Positions 19,382 through 29,695 of a stretch of DNA of 64,000 nucleotides are shown piece after piece (the first letter of the stretch is position 1; every line of letters begins with the position of its first letter). Source of the stretch: Candidatus Latescibacterota bacterium (lineage in GTDB: Bacteria > Latescibacterota > UBA2968); contig OZ220741.1 of assembly GCA_965116885.1 (NCBI GenBank), forward strand, positions 4,672,001 to 4,736,000. Reading direction: 5' to 3'. Position numbers and translations under genes: made by a program. A model generated the notes under the pieces. The model was not told where the DNA came from, made no database searches, and was given only the letters and a program-made list of their open reading frames with translations.

Positions 19382-19440
19382 GCAATTATGCAACTAATCA
19401 GATCACAGCTTACCTGAGACCTGATCAAAAAGGACCCAAA

Positions 19441-20316
19441 ATGACCACCTCAAATTGGAATATCCTCCCCAAAGAAACCATCCGGGAATTCGACGAAATG
19501 GGCTGTTTGATTGTGCGCCGGGCACTCGATCAAAAAACGGTCGCACACTTGCTCGAAACATGCGACCGACTCATTGATAGCGACATAAAAACAAACCGAC
19601 AAACGCGCGAAAATGGATATTACGATGGCTTTCGCAACTGCATCGCCTTAGACGACGCCTTTCTGCCACTCCTCACACATCCTACAATCTTCCCCATGGT
19701 CGTGCAATTCCTCGGCGCTTATCTTCACCTCACCACCTCACACCTGATTTACAAACATCCCGACCCGCCTGGCACGCCCGATTTTGCCCGAGCACCAAAC
19801 TGGCATCGCGATTACGGTCGCCTCAACAGCGACCTCCAGCACGCGGCTCCCCGGGGCATGCTCAAATGCGCTTATTATCTCACAGACCTCACCGAACCCA
19901 ATGCGGGCGCCACACTCGTCGTGCCCGGAAGCAACCTTTTGCGAGAACCTCTCGACATTCCCCCAAATGGCGACCCAGAAGGCGCATTCGAACCGCATCT
20001 CGAACCCGGAGACTGTCTCATCTTTGAAAACCGAACCTATCACGCTGGCGGTGTCAACCTATCCAACGAAACCCGCAAAGTCATCATGTTCGGTTATGGC
20101 TACAGATGGCTCGCACCCATAGATTACCGCATCCAGCCCCAATCGCTATTGGACAAACTCGATCCACTGGACCAGTACCTCCTTGGCGAAACACTGGTCA
20201 AAACAGAAGAATATCAAACCAGCGGCGGCGAAACCCCGCTCAAGCCCTGGTGCGAGCAAAACAACCTGCCCCTCGTCAGGCCACCGGTCTGGCAAGAAGA
20301 TCTGGCTCTTGCCTGA
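19441..20316 (+). CDS. phytanoyl-CoA dioxygenase (PhyH) family Fe(II)/2OG oxygenase
   Basis: WHRD, YYLTD, GAT.VVPGS and GD.LIF...YH.G..N. Start reassigned to 19441. Confidence 0.9.
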   Translation: MTTSNWNILPKETIREFDEMGCLIVRRALDQKTVAHLLETCDRLIDSDIKTNRQTRENGYYDGFRNCIALDDAFLPLLTHPTIFPMVVQFLGAYLHLTTSHLIYKHPDPPGTPDFARAPNWHRDYGRLNSDLQHAAPRGMLKCAYYLTDLTEPNAGATLVVPGSNLLREPLDIPPNGDPEGAFEPHLEPGDCLIFENRTYHAGGVNLSNETRKVIMFGYGYRWLAPIDYRIQPQSLLDKLDPLDQYLLGETLVKTEEYQTSGGETPLKPWCEQNNLPLVRPPVWQEDLALA

Positions 20317-20323
20317 TTATCGA

Positions 20324-21640
20324 TCACAACAGGTCCAATTTTTGCGACAAATTTTCAACAGGTGTAAACACCCACTGTTTTCCTCTTTTTACCGCATTGA
20401 GCAATCCTTGAGCCTGTAAATTCAGCAAATCTGTACGTGCGGTCTGATAAACCACATTGTGGCTATTCTGGTGGCCATAGATTGTATAGCGATGGCGGGG
20501 ATGGCGAAGTGCGTGACTCAAAAGTGCGCGTTGTCGATGATTGAACACGGCAGAATTCTTCAACACCTGATCAATGTCTTCAAACAGTCTCATTTTGCGT
20601 TTGACATATTCATGAAATACCCCCACAGTTTGCTCAATAACGCGCAATTGATACAAAATAAAATAAGTCAAATCATTGTCATCCGTCTCAGTGTACAAAA
20701 AGGACCGGCTATATCTTACAGGAGCCTTGTGCAAAATTTGGGAAATAGACAAAAACTTAAACAGCCGGTAGTCATTGCGTAGCATCAACCAGTAGAACAG
20801 TGCGCGTGCGGTGCGCCCATTGCCATCGACAAACGGGTGGTCATATCCCAACCAGAAATGCAATATAATCGCTCGAAGCGCCGGATGAATAAACCAATCG
20901 GGCGTTTTGCCATTGGCAAAATCGCACATTGCCTGCAGGCGCTCGGGCAGTTCTTCGGCAGGCGGCGGACGGTGCAAAACCTCACCAGTAACAAGATCGG
21001 CAACATGAACAGATTCTTTTGCATACCGAAAACGACCTGTTCCCGAAGGATCGTCCAAAGTATCTTCCGTCACCATGCGGTGCAGATGAAAAATCAGGTC
21101 TTGAGTTAAAGGCTGATCTTTCAACTCGCCAATTGCATTCATGGTGAGATAATTATTCAAAATCATCTGCTCACCGCGATTCTGTGGAGAGCGTCCAGTG
21201 CGGAGCATCTCTCTGGCAACCTGACGTGTGGTTGTGGCACCTTCGAGTTGGCTGGATGTGATGGCCTCTTCAATCAGTGAATCCACAAAGTAGAGATTGG
21301 AGAACTCAGATGTAGTAACCTGTTCGAGCAGACCAGAAAAACCAGGCCTTCCCAAATCGATTTGATGCAAATACTCAGGAATAGGGTCTATAATCAAAAA
21401 TCGAAAGGGGATGCCCGAGCAATCGACAAGTGGGATTTCTTTCCACAATTCCTTGCGGTACAGCTTAATGCCCAACCACCACTCGCGATGTGTCAGTCCT
21501 CCGGGGGGCGTTCGATATCGCAACTCATCCCAATGCAAGTAGTTAGACAGATCTACTTCCGAAATCAAATGTGGAAGTCGTCCAACTTCTAAATCGCGCA
21601 TCAGATCATCAAAAGCTGGTGGTGGTTGAGGTTTTTTCAT
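20324..21640 (-). CDS. Fic family protein (class II, N-terminal inhibitory helix) with probable C-terminal HTH
   Basis: HPFVDGNGRTAR catalytic motif, SSQLEG inhibitory motif and VVYQTARTDL. Confidence 0.93.
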   Translation of the reverse strand: MKKPQPPPAFDDLMRDLEVGRLPHLISEVDLSNYLHWDELRYRTPPGGLTHREWWLGIKLYRKELWKEIPLVDCSGIPFRFLIIDPIPEYLHQIDLGRPGFSGLLEQVTTSEFSNLYFVDSLIEEAITSSQLEGATTTRQVAREMLRTGRSPQNRGEQMILNNYLTMNAIGELKDQPLTQDLIFHLHRMVTEDTLDDPSGTGRFRYAKESVHVADLVTGEVLHRPPPAEELPERLQAMCDFANGKTPDWFIHPALRAIILHFWLGYDHPFVDGNGRTARALFYWLMLRNDYRLFKFLSISQILHKAPVRYSRSFLYTETDDNDLTYFILYQLRVIEQTVGVFHEYVKRKMRLFEDIDQVLKNSAVFNHRQRALLSHALRHPRHRYTIYGHQNSHNVVYQTARTDLLNLQAQGLLNAVKRGKQWVFTPVENLSQKLDLL

Positions 21641-21654
21641 AATCGCTGTCCATT

Positions 21655-21790
21655 CATATTAAATGTTCATACTAATTTTATACTAATCTATATAAAATTA
21701 GTATAAAAAGCCACCCTTACTTGTCTATCCCATATTAAATGTTCATACTAATCTATGTGAAATTAGTATAAAAAGCCATCCATACTTGTC
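21655..21790. repeat. imperfect tandem duplication containing inverted repeats upstream of the Fic gene
   Basis: CATATTAAATGTTCATACTAAT...AATTAGTATAAAAAGCCA...TACTTGTC starting at 21655 and 21731, with internal TATACTAAT/ATTAGTATA inverted repeat. Confidence 0.85.
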
Positions 21791-21865
21791 CACCAAAATG
21801 TGGTGTGCTTAGTAGAAAACGTCGTATATTATGAAACATCAAAATCTACATAAAGAGGGCCATTA

Positions 21866-22717
21866 ATGGAATTACTCAAAGGAAAAGTAGCGATCATCAC
21901 AGGTGGCGCGAGCGGTATTGGTCGCGCAACTGCTCGCCTCTTTGTCGAAGAAGGCGCACAAGTCGTCATCGCAGACATCCAGGAAGATAAGGGTCAAACC
22001 GTCGCTGAAGAACTCGGGTCCAATGCCATCTTCCAGCATACCAATGTGAGACGGGAACCCGATATCAGAGCGATGATTGACCGCGCCGTCACGCATTTTG
22101 GACGCCTGGATTGCCTCTTTAACAACGCCGGATACGGCGGTGTAGCGGGGCCTGTTGAAGAAACATCCATGCGGGGTTTTGACAAAACCGTAAGCATTCT
22201 CCTGCGCGGCGTCTTCATGGGCATCAAACACGCATCTCCCATCATGAAAAAACAGGGATCGGGCAGCATCATCAGCACGGGTTCTGTCGCTGGCCTTCGC
22301 ACGGGCTATGCGCCGCATGTGTACAGCGCATGTAAAGCCGCCGTCATACACCTCACCCGCACAACGGCAATGGAATTGGGACCACACAATATCCGCGTCA
22401 ACTGTATATGTCCAGGCAGCATTGCCACCCCCATATTTGCTCCGGCACTGGACCTCGCGCCCGAAGAATCGGACAAAGCCTATCAACTCATGACCGAAAA
22501 ACTCGCTGGCGGACAGCCCATTCACCGCGCGGGTCAGCCCGAAGACATCGCACACGCAGCCCTATATCTCGCCAGCGATCACGCCTCATTTGTCAACGGT
22601 CACGCCCTCGTTGTCGATGGTGGCCTCATCGGCGGCCAAAAATGGGACAGATCCTGGATCGCCCGAGAAGGGCTTACGTCTGATGAGGACATACGTGAAG
22701 GAGGTAAGAAGGAATGA
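21866..22717 (+). CDS. short-chain dehydrogenase/reductase
   Basis: TGGASGIG, NNAG, YSACK and VDGG. Confidence 0.95.
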   Translation: MELLKGKVAIITGGASGIGRATARLFVEEGAQVVIADIQEDKGQTVAEELGSNAIFQHTNVRREPDIRAMIDRAVTHFGRLDCLFNNAGYGGVAGPVEETSMRGFDKTVSILLRGVFMGIKHASPIMKKQGSGSIISTGSVAGLRTGYAPHVYSACKAAVIHLTRTTAMELGPHNIRVNCICPGSIATPIFAPALDLAPEESDKAYQLMTEKLAGGQPIHRAGQPEDIAHAALYLASDHASFVNGHALVVDGGLIGGQKWDRSWIAREGLTSDEDIREGGKKE

Positions 22718-23694
22718 ACCACATCTTAATCTCATTGGCCCTCATGCTCTTCATCGCTTGTGCCAATGAACAAACCGGACCGGCAAAAACGACCATTGCC
22801 GTCATCCCCAAAGGCACAACCCACGAGTTCTGGAAATCGATTCACGCAGGTGCTGTCAAAGCACAACGCGAATTAGACATAGAAATAATATGGAAAGGCC
22901 CGCTCAAAGAAGACGATCGCGAAGACCAGATCGCACTGGTCGAAAACTTCATCTCTCGCGGCGTTTCGGGCATTGTGCTCGCGCCCCTTGACGACACCGC
23001 CCTTCGCGTACCCGTCGCCAATGCCGTAAGCAGCGGCATTCCGGTCGTCATTATCGACTCGGGCCTTCAAAGCGATGACTTCATCTCCTTTGTCGCCACC
23101 GACAATTATCGCGGAGGACGCCTCGCAGGTGCCGACATGGCCCAACGCATGAACCAAAAGGGCAAAGTCATCATGCTGCGTTACCAGGAAGGTTCTGCCA
23201 GCACCATGAAACGCGAACAGGGATTCCTCGACGCAATAGGCGAGCATTCAGACATCGAAATTGTCTCATCAAATCAACACGGCGGTGCCACCACGGAAAG
23301 CGCGTATCAAGCCAGCGAGAACTTGCTCGCCCCCATGAAAGACGCAAACGGCAAACTCACCATCCAGGGCATCTTCTGCCCCAACGAATCCACCACATTT
23401 GGCATGTTGCGCGCCCTGCAAGACGCGGGACTCGCCGGCAGTGTCATATTCATCGGCTTTGACAGCTCGGAAAAACTCGTCGAAGCCCTCGAAAGCGACC
23501 AAATCCACGGGCTTGTACTGCAAAACCCCTTTAGAATGGGCTACCTCGGCGTCAAAACCATAGTCGCACATCTCAAAAATCAACCCGTGGAAAAACGCAT
23601 CGACACCGGCGTCGCCCTCGTCACCAAAGACAATATGAACGACCCAGACATCAAAGATGTATTGACCCCAGACCTGGATAAGTGGCTCAAATAA
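22714..23694 (+). CDS. sugar ABC transporter substrate-binding lipoprotein (RbsB-like)
   Basis: Lipobox FIAC, IPKGTTHEFW, IPVVIIDS, TDNY and GFD. Confidence 0.93.
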   Translation: MNHILISLALMLFIACANEQTGPAKTTIAVIPKGTTHEFWKSIHAGAVKAQRELDIEIIWKGPLKEDDREDQIALVENFISRGVSGIVLAPLDDTALRVPVANAVSSGIPVVIIDSGLQSDDFISFVATDNYRGGRLAGADMAQRMNQKGKVIMLRYQEGSASTMKREQGFLDAIGEHSDIEIVSSNQHGGATTESAYQASENLLAPMKDANGKLTIQGIFCPNESTTFGMLRALQDAGLAGSVIFIGFDSSEKLVEALESDQIHGLVLQNPFRMGYLGVKTIVAHLKNQPVEKRIDTGVALVTKDNMNDPDIKDVLTPDLDKWLK

Positions 23695-23705
23695 ATGGTG
23701 AAAAA

Positions 23706-25229
23706 ATGGTGAAAAAACTTTTCCGAATTGCAATAATTATCACCGCCACCCCTTCAATCGCCCTATCGCAGTTCTTACCCAACCTGACTGCGCTAAGCGA
23801 AACGGTTAAGCCGCAAGTATCTTCAATTCGGTTACTCAACTTTATCCAGCCATTCACAATACGCTATCAGACAAACGCTGAAATCACCGCATTCATAAAC
23901 GATGAGTTCAATCAGACTGTACCGCAAACAATTCGTCAAAACTACGATCTATTAATCCGCGCCATCGGATTGTACCACGGAGGTATCCCCTTCGACTTCG
24001 AAGCTCTGATAAGAGCCTCACAGAGCCAAATAGGTGCCTATTACTATCCCGCAAACCGTTCTATCAACATCCCGACAGGATCAATTCCCATACAAGAGCT
24101 TCGGGTAATCGTAGTCCATGAACTTACGCATGTACTACAGGACCAGCACTTTGGACTCGACCGCTTGCTCAGCGCTACAAACAGCGACAAATTATTAGCC
24201 CATCAAGCTCTCGCCGAAGGCGATGCAACGCTGGTGGAATACCTCTGGTCTTTAGATCGCGCTGGACAAGCGATGTCAGATGCCCAACTACAACAATTCA
24301 TAAACACGATTGCCAACACAACGGTTGACGAAGTCAAGCGCAACCTCAAAGATATAGAGTCCGATCCACAGGTCGTCAAAGCGATTGACGAAACCCCCAA
24401 TTTTATATTTGAACAGCAACTTGGAATCTACTTCCGCGGGCTGGCCTTTGTATTTGCCCTGAAAAGACGCGGGGGATGGGCAACAGTGAATCGCGCGTAC
24501 ACCAATCTTCCAATGTCGATGGAACACATCCTCCATCCGGACAAATACTTCGCGGGGGAATCTATCGAGGAGATCGCACTTCCAGATTTGGCAAATGAAT
24601 CCTTCGCAGGAAATTGGGAATTGCTGGACAGGGATACACTGGGCGAATTTGGCCTCAGAATCATCTTCAATACCTTTGATGTCAACACCCCATCACACGC
24701 AGCGGCCGCAGGCTGGCATGGCGATCAGTATGTCGTCCTCAAACACCGCCAGGATAACACACCCGCTCTCGTCCTGTTCACGACATGGGATACGGAACGG
24801 GATGCGATAGAGTTCAAAACCGCCTACGAAAACGTGCTCGCAATTAAACACCATAGATCCACAGACTTCAGAATTGAGCAGCAAGGGACAGATGTGTTAA
24901 TTGCTGAATCGTCTCGGGATCTCGACCTGTTATTTGCGTACCTCGAAAAAGTTCGATTCACCCCCACGGTCGCACTCGAAATTTTCGATTTTGACGGCGA
25001 TCACATAGTCGGCTTCTCGGACTTCCTCATGTTCGCCGCCCATTTTGGCAAGAACAGTTCGGATCCGGATTTTGACCCGCGATTCGACATCGATGCAGAT
25101 GGTATGGTCGGCTTCTCGGACTTCCTCGCATTTGCTTCTGCTTTTGGAAAACAAATCGCGCGCAACTCAAAACCCACTGTCGTGATTGACCCGCACATTA
25201 TCCACCGCACATTGGGATTTATCCGATAA
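23706..25229 (+). CDS. secreted zincin-like protein with C-terminal dockerin/EF-hand-like repeats
   Basis: Signal peptide, HELTH...EGDA, and repeats DFDGDHIVGFSDFLMFA and DIDADGMVGFSDFLAFA. Confidence 0.75.
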   Translation: MVKKLFRIAIIITATPSIALSQFLPNLTALSETVKPQVSSIRLLNFIQPFTIRYQTNAEITAFINDEFNQTVPQTIRQNYDLLIRAIGLYHGGIPFDFEALIRASQSQIGAYYYPANRSINIPTGSIPIQELRVIVVHELTHVLQDQHFGLDRLLSATNSDKLLAHQALAEGDATLVEYLWSLDRAGQAMSDAQLQQFINTIANTTVDEVKRNLKDIESDPQVVKAIDETPNFIFEQQLGIYFRGLAFVFALKRRGGWATVNRAYTNLPMSMEHILHPDKYFAGESIEEIALPDLANESFAGNWELLDRDTLGEFGLRIIFNTFDVNTPSHAAAAGWHGDQYVVLKHRQDNTPALVLFTTWDTERDAIEFKTAYENVLAIKHHRSTDFRIEQQGTDVLIAESSRDLDLLFAYLEKVRFTPTVALEIFDFDGDHIVGFSDFLMFAAHFGKNSSDPDFDPRFDIDADGMVGFSDFLAFASAFGKQIARNSKPTVVIDPHIIHRTLGFIR

Positions 25230-25249
25230 AGCGGTCAGGCACATCCTCT

Positions 25250-26743
25250 ATGTCCATACCCAAACACCCTCGCTTTGCCATGCGCGGCATTCGCAAAACC
25301 TTTGGCGCAACCGTCGCGCTCGACAACGTCGATTTTGCTGTTTCAGCCGGCGAAATCCACGCCCTCATCGGTGAAAATGGCGCGGGCAAAAGCACCCTGA
25401 TGAAAGTGCTATCGGGAGCCTTGCAACCCGATGCCGGGGAAATGACCGTTGACGGATCGCCCTTCGCACCTGCCAATCCCCTCCAGGCGCGGCAGCAGGG
25501 CGTAGCCATGATCTATCAAGAACTCTCCCTTGCGCCCCATCTAACCGTTGTGGAAAACGTCCTCCTCGGCATGGAAATCACGCGACGCGGATTATTGCAG
25601 AAATCAGACATGCACGCCCTTGTACAAAACGCGCTAACAGAACTCGACCATGCCGATATCGATCCCCACGCACGCGTGGGTACCCTCACCATTGCCGAAC
25701 GACAAATTGTAGAAATTGCACGCGCACTCTCTGTTCAATGCCGCGTCCTCGTCCTCGACGAACCCACCAGCAGCCTCACGCGTGCAGATGCCGACCGTTT
25801 ATTTCGCGTGATGCAACGCCTGAAAGCGCGAAATTTGGCAATCGTCTATATCTCGCATTTTCTCGAAGAAATCAAAGAAATCGCCGATCAATTCACAGTT
25901 CTGCGAGACGGCAAAAAAGCAGGCAGTGGCCCGGTCGCGCAAACTCCCATATCCGACATCGTTCACCTCATGGTCGGCAGGCAAATCGACGACTTTTTTC
26001 CGCGCTCCAACCGCACATCGGGCGAACCACTCCTCGACCTCACGGACCTCGCTGCCGACCCTCTCCCCAACAGCGCATCCCTCGTCCTGCACCGCGGAGA
26101 AGTACTCGGCATAGGTGGACTCATCGGTGCTGGCCGCACAGAACTTTTGCGCGCGCTCTTTGGCCTTGCCCCCATCCGCAAAGGCAATATCACCTTCGCA
26201 CACAACACGGGCCGCGCAACACCTGCACAGCGCCTCGCGCAGGGAATGGGATTGCTCAGCGAAGACCGCAAAGACGAGGGCCTCGCCCAATCGATGAGTC
26301 TGGCCGACAACCTCACCCTCTCGCGCTTGCCCAGAGGACTCATCTTTCCCAAAAAACTGCGCGCCATTGCCCACCAGTGGATATCTCGCCTCGACATTCG
26401 CACATCGGGACCTGCACAATTCATTGCAGACCTCTCCGGCGGCAACCAGCAAAAAGTCGCGCTCGCCCGTCTGCTCCACCACGACGTAGATTGCCTGCTT
26501 TTGGACGAACCCACGCGCGGTATTGACATTGCCAGCAAAGCCGACATTTACCACCTGATTGACCAACTCGCAACACAGGGCAAAGCCATCCTCCTCATAA
26601 GCAGTTACCTGCCCGAACTCCTCGGGATATGCGACCGCATCGCCGTCATGTATCGCGGTCGCCTCGGCCCAGTGCATCCCGTTGACAAATGCAGCGAACA
26701 CAGCCTCATGCTCGAAGCGACCGGACAGGAGGTCGCACTGTGA
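25250..26743 (+). CDS. sugar ABC transporter ATP-binding protein (RbsA-like)
   Basis: GENGAGKST, LSGGNQQK and DEPTRGID. Confidence 0.95.
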   Translation: MSIPKHPRFAMRGIRKTFGATVALDNVDFAVSAGEIHALIGENGAGKSTLMKVLSGALQPDAGEMTVDGSPFAPANPLQARQQGVAMIYQELSLAPHLTVVENVLLGMEITRRGLLQKSDMHALVQNALTELDHADIDPHARVGTLTIAERQIVEIARALSVQCRVLVLDEPTSSLTRADADRLFRVMQRLKARNLAIVYISHFLEEIKEIADQFTVLRDGKKAGSGPVAQTPISDIVHLMVGRQIDDFFPRSNRTSGEPLLDLTDLAADPLPNSASLVLHRGEVLGIGGLIGAGRTELLRALFGLAPIRKGNITFAHNTGRATPAQRLAQGMGLLSEDRKDEGLAQSMSLADNLTLSRLPRGLIFPKKLRAIAHQWISRLDIRTSGPAQFIADLSGGNQQKVALARLLHHDVDCLLLDEPTRGIDIASKADIYHLIDQLATQGKAILLISSYLPELLGICDRIAVMYRGRLGPVHPVDKCSEHSLMLEATGQEVAL

Positions 26744-27678
26744 ATTATCTATCGCGTTTTGCCCCTCTGCTCGGCCTATTCGCTGTTTACGGCCTATTCG
26801 CCATTCTCGGTCCCGACAGCTTTAGCAGCGGTCGCAACCTCGAAACCATCGCGCGTCAAACAGCCATTGTCGGCACAGCAGCACTCGGCATGACCCTCGT
26901 CATCATTGCCGGAGGTATTGATCTTTCCGTCGGCTCCATCATAGCCCTGACCACCGTCACCATCGCCGCATCGCTCCAGGCGGACCTGTCACCCCCTGTC
27001 GCCGCACTCATCGGCATATTCACAGGCGCGCTGTGCGGCCTTGTCAACGGCCTGATCATCACCCGTTTTCGCGTCGTGCCTTTTATCGTCACACTCGGCA
27101 CGCTCTTACTCGTGCGCGGCATTGCCAAAGGACTGGCTGGCGAACAGAAAATCGACGCCCCCCTCACCTATCTCATCGACCTGCTCGCAGCACTTCCACG
27201 AGGCGCATGGTGGATATTCCCGCCCGGCGTATGGCTCCTAATCATCCTCGCCCTCCTCACTGGCGGATACCTCGCCTATACCCGCCCGGGCAAACACATC
27301 GTCGCCATTGGATCCAACGAAAACACGGCTCGCCTGTGCGGTATCCGCGTCGAAGCCACCAAATTACTCGTCTATACCCTCGCAGGAACATCCGCAGGCA
27401 TAGCCGGGCTCCTCCAATTTTCGCGCCTCACCGTAGGCGATCCCACGGTCGCTGTCGGCCTCGAACTCGATGTCATCGCAGCCGTTGTCATCGGCGGGGG
27501 CAGCCTCTCGGGCGGCGAAGGCTCAGTACTCGGCAGCGTGGTCGGCGCACTGATCATGACTGTCATCCGATCTGGCTGTTCACAAATGGGCTTGCCAAAT
27601 TGGGTGCAAGAAATCGTCACAGGCATTATTATAGTCATCGCCGTGGCAGTCGATAGATTGAGACATCGAGAAAGATAG
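26740..27678 (+). CDS. sugar ABC transporter permease (RbsC-like)
   Basis: GIDLSVGS and ELDVIAAVVIGG.SL.GG; GTGA overlap with the ATPase. Confidence 0.95.
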   Translation: MNYLSRFAPLLGLFAVYGLFAILGPDSFSSGRNLETIARQTAIVGTAALGMTLVIIAGGIDLSVGSIIALTTVTIAASLQADLSPPVAALIGIFTGALCGLVNGLIITRFRVVPFIVTLGTLLLVRGIAKGLAGEQKIDAPLTYLIDLLAALPRGAWWIFPPGVWLLIILALLTGGYLAYTRPGKHIVAIGSNENTARLCGIRVEATKLLVYTLAGTSAGIAGLLQFSRLTVGDPTVAVGLELDVIAAVVIGGGSLSGGEGSVLGSVVGALIMTVIRSGCSQMGLPNWVQEIVTGIIIVIAVAVDRLRHRER

Positions 27679-27792
27679 ACGCAGTAATCCAATCTGTTTT
27701 TTGCAACTTATTTTTCTCGGATGAGTTAGAAAAAACATATCTTATTGCAGACCCGAGCCAACGCTCATTCACCCATTCCAAGGAGTACACCC

Positions 27793-28236
27793 ATGCAAGC
27801 CCGACGCACGCTCTTCCTCATCGCCCTCGCCTTTTTGCTGACCACAGCCCCCGCCTTTGCAGGCACAGTCGATGTGGAAGGCGAAGGCACGCCCGCTCTG
27901 TACGTGGTCAAGGTACACGCCGACTGGTGCGGCTCCTGCAAGGCACTGGTGCCCATTCTCGACGAAGTCCGGGAAACCATGTCTGCCGAGCCTGTTCTCT
28001 TTCTCACCCTGGACGTAACCGACGCAGACCGCACAGGCCAGGCCCGTCTGCTGGCTGCAGCCCTCGGCATAGAGCAACACCTCAAAACCAACAACAAGAC
28101 CGGGCTGGTCCTGATCATCAACCCCTCGGATAAAGCCCTGCTGGAAACCCTGACTAAGGAAAACACCGCCGATGAAATGATCGGCAAAATTGAGGCCCAT
28201 GTTGCCGAAACTGCAGACGAAGACATGGACATGTGA
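27793..28236 (+). CDS. exported thioredoxin-like protein
   Basis: AGGAG RBS, signal peptide ending in AFA, and HADWCGSC. Confidence 0.85.
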   Translation: MQARRTLFLIALAFLLTTAPAFAGTVDVEGEGTPALYVVKVHADWCGSCKALVPILDEVRETMSAEPVLFLTLDVTDADRTGQARLLAAALGIEQHLKTNNKTGLVLIINPSDKALLETLTKENTADEMIGKIEAHVAETADEDMDM

Positions 28237-28254
28237 GGCAAAAGATCGAATTAC

Positions 28255-28288
28255 GGTGCATCGCCTATCGAACACTGGGCGATGCACC
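28255..28288. repeat. intergenic hairpin with 11-bp stem
   Basis: GGTGCATCGCC-N12-GGCGATGCACC; no downstream U-tract. Confidence 0.6.
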
Positions 28289-28332
28289 TGAAAAATTAAC
28301 TATATCAAAACTGCAATTATCGGAATCACAAC

Positions 28333-29610
28333 ATGAACAAAGACACCGCATTTCAAATGGGAGCCTCAAACCTGCGCTTTGGAGTGGGAACAACGCGCGA
28401 AATCGGCATGGACCTCTCCGACATGGGCCTCGAGCGCGTCCTCGTCATCACCGATCCCAACCTCGTCGATCTCCCCCCCGTTCAAACCGCGAGAGAGAGC
28501 CTCGAATCCGAAGGCATTGAATATGACCTGTTCGACCGCGTACGCGTGGAACCCACAGATATCTCCTTCAAAGACGCCATCGCAGTCGCCACAGAAGGCG
28601 CTTATGAAGGCTATGTCGCCATTGGGGGCGGTTCATCTATCGACACGGCAAAAGCCGCCAACTTATTTGCAACCTATCCCGACGACTTCTTCGCCTATAT
28701 CAACGCGCCCATCGGCCAGGGCAAACCCGTTCCCGGCGCCGTCAAACCCCTCTTTGCCATTCCCACCACAGCCGGCACGGGAAGCGAAACCACGGGCGTA
28801 GCCATTATGGACCTCTCTGACCGCCACGTCAAAACCGGCATTGCACACCGCTATCTCAAACCCGACCTCGCCATTGTCGATCCCGAAAACACGCGCACCA
28901 TGCCACCTTCTATCGCGGCGGCAACCGGCCTCGACGTCCTTTGCCACGCCCTCGAATCCTTCACCGCCATCCCCTATACCGAACGCCCCAGACCCAATCG
29001 CCCAATCGAACGCCCCGCCTATCAGGGCGCCAATCCCATTTCCGACATGTGGGCACTCAAAGCCATTGAAATGACCACGCAATACCTGCCTCGTGCAGTT
29101 CGCAACCCCGACGACGACGAAGCCCGCGCGCAAATGATCCTCGCTGCATCGCTCGCCGGCATCGGCTTTGGCAATGCAGGTGTTCACCTCTGCCACGGCA
29201 TGTCGTATCCCGTCTCAGGTATGGTGCGAGACTTCAAACCCAAAGGCATGATCACGGACCACGCCATTATCCCACACGGCATGTCCGTCGTCCTCAATGC
29301 CCCTCCCGTCTTTCGATTCACAGGGCCCGCGCGGCCAGACCGCCACCTTCGGGCCGCCCAGATCATGGGCGCTGATATCTCCAGCGCATCTCCCGACGAA
29401 GCGGGCCACATCCTCGCCGATCAAATCGTCGCCCTGATGAAGCAACTCGAAGTCCCCAATGGTCTGTCAGCAATCGGATTCACCGAAAGCGACATCCCCG
29501 CACTCGTCGAAGGCACTCTCCCCCAACATCGCGTCACCAAACTCTCCCCGCGTCCCGCAGAAGCAGAAGACCTGAAAGCCTTGTTCAAAGATGCAATGAT
29601 TGCATGGTAA
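28333..29610 (+). CDS. hydroxyacid-oxoacid transhydrogenase (iron-ADH family, ADHFE1-like)
   Basis: VEPTD.SF, GGGSSIDTAK, PTTAGTGSE, RPAYQGANP and GVHLCHGMSYPV. Confidence 0.9.
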   Translation: MNKDTAFQMGASNLRFGVGTTREIGMDLSDMGLERVLVITDPNLVDLPPVQTARESLESEGIEYDLFDRVRVEPTDISFKDAIAVATEGAYEGYVAIGGGSSIDTAKAANLFATYPDDFFAYINAPIGQGKPVPGAVKPLFAIPTTAGTGSETTGVAIMDLSDRHVKTGIAHRYLKPDLAIVDPENTRTMPPSIAAATGLDVLCHALESFTAIPYTERPRPNRPIERPAYQGANPISDMWALKAIEMTTQYLPRAVRNPDDDEARAQMILAASLAGIGFGNAGVHLCHGMSYPVSGMVRDFKPKGMITDHAIIPHGMSVVLNAPPVFRFTGPARPDRHLRAAQIMGADISSASPDEAGHILADQIVALMKQLEVPNGLSAIGFTESDIPALVEGTLPQHRVTKLSPRPAEAEDLKALFKDAMIAW

Positions 29611-29695
29611 AATCAAAGGTTGCCATTCTGTTTCTGAAATATTATGATGTAAGCATTCAATAGCATTGATAAATGGGATAACAGGAGGGCTTTTC

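Noticed and set aside
19156..19440. N-terminal extension of the PhyH ORF overlapping the AAA gene
   Set aside because: Overlaps a well-supported CDS in another frame; ATG 19441 has an AAGGA RBS and gives a normal length.
25738..27656. Long alternative-frame and antisense ORFs (262, 300 and 207 aa) over the ABC genes
   Set aside because: Low-complexity Arg/Pro/His-rich or antisense shadows of codon bias in well-conserved genes.
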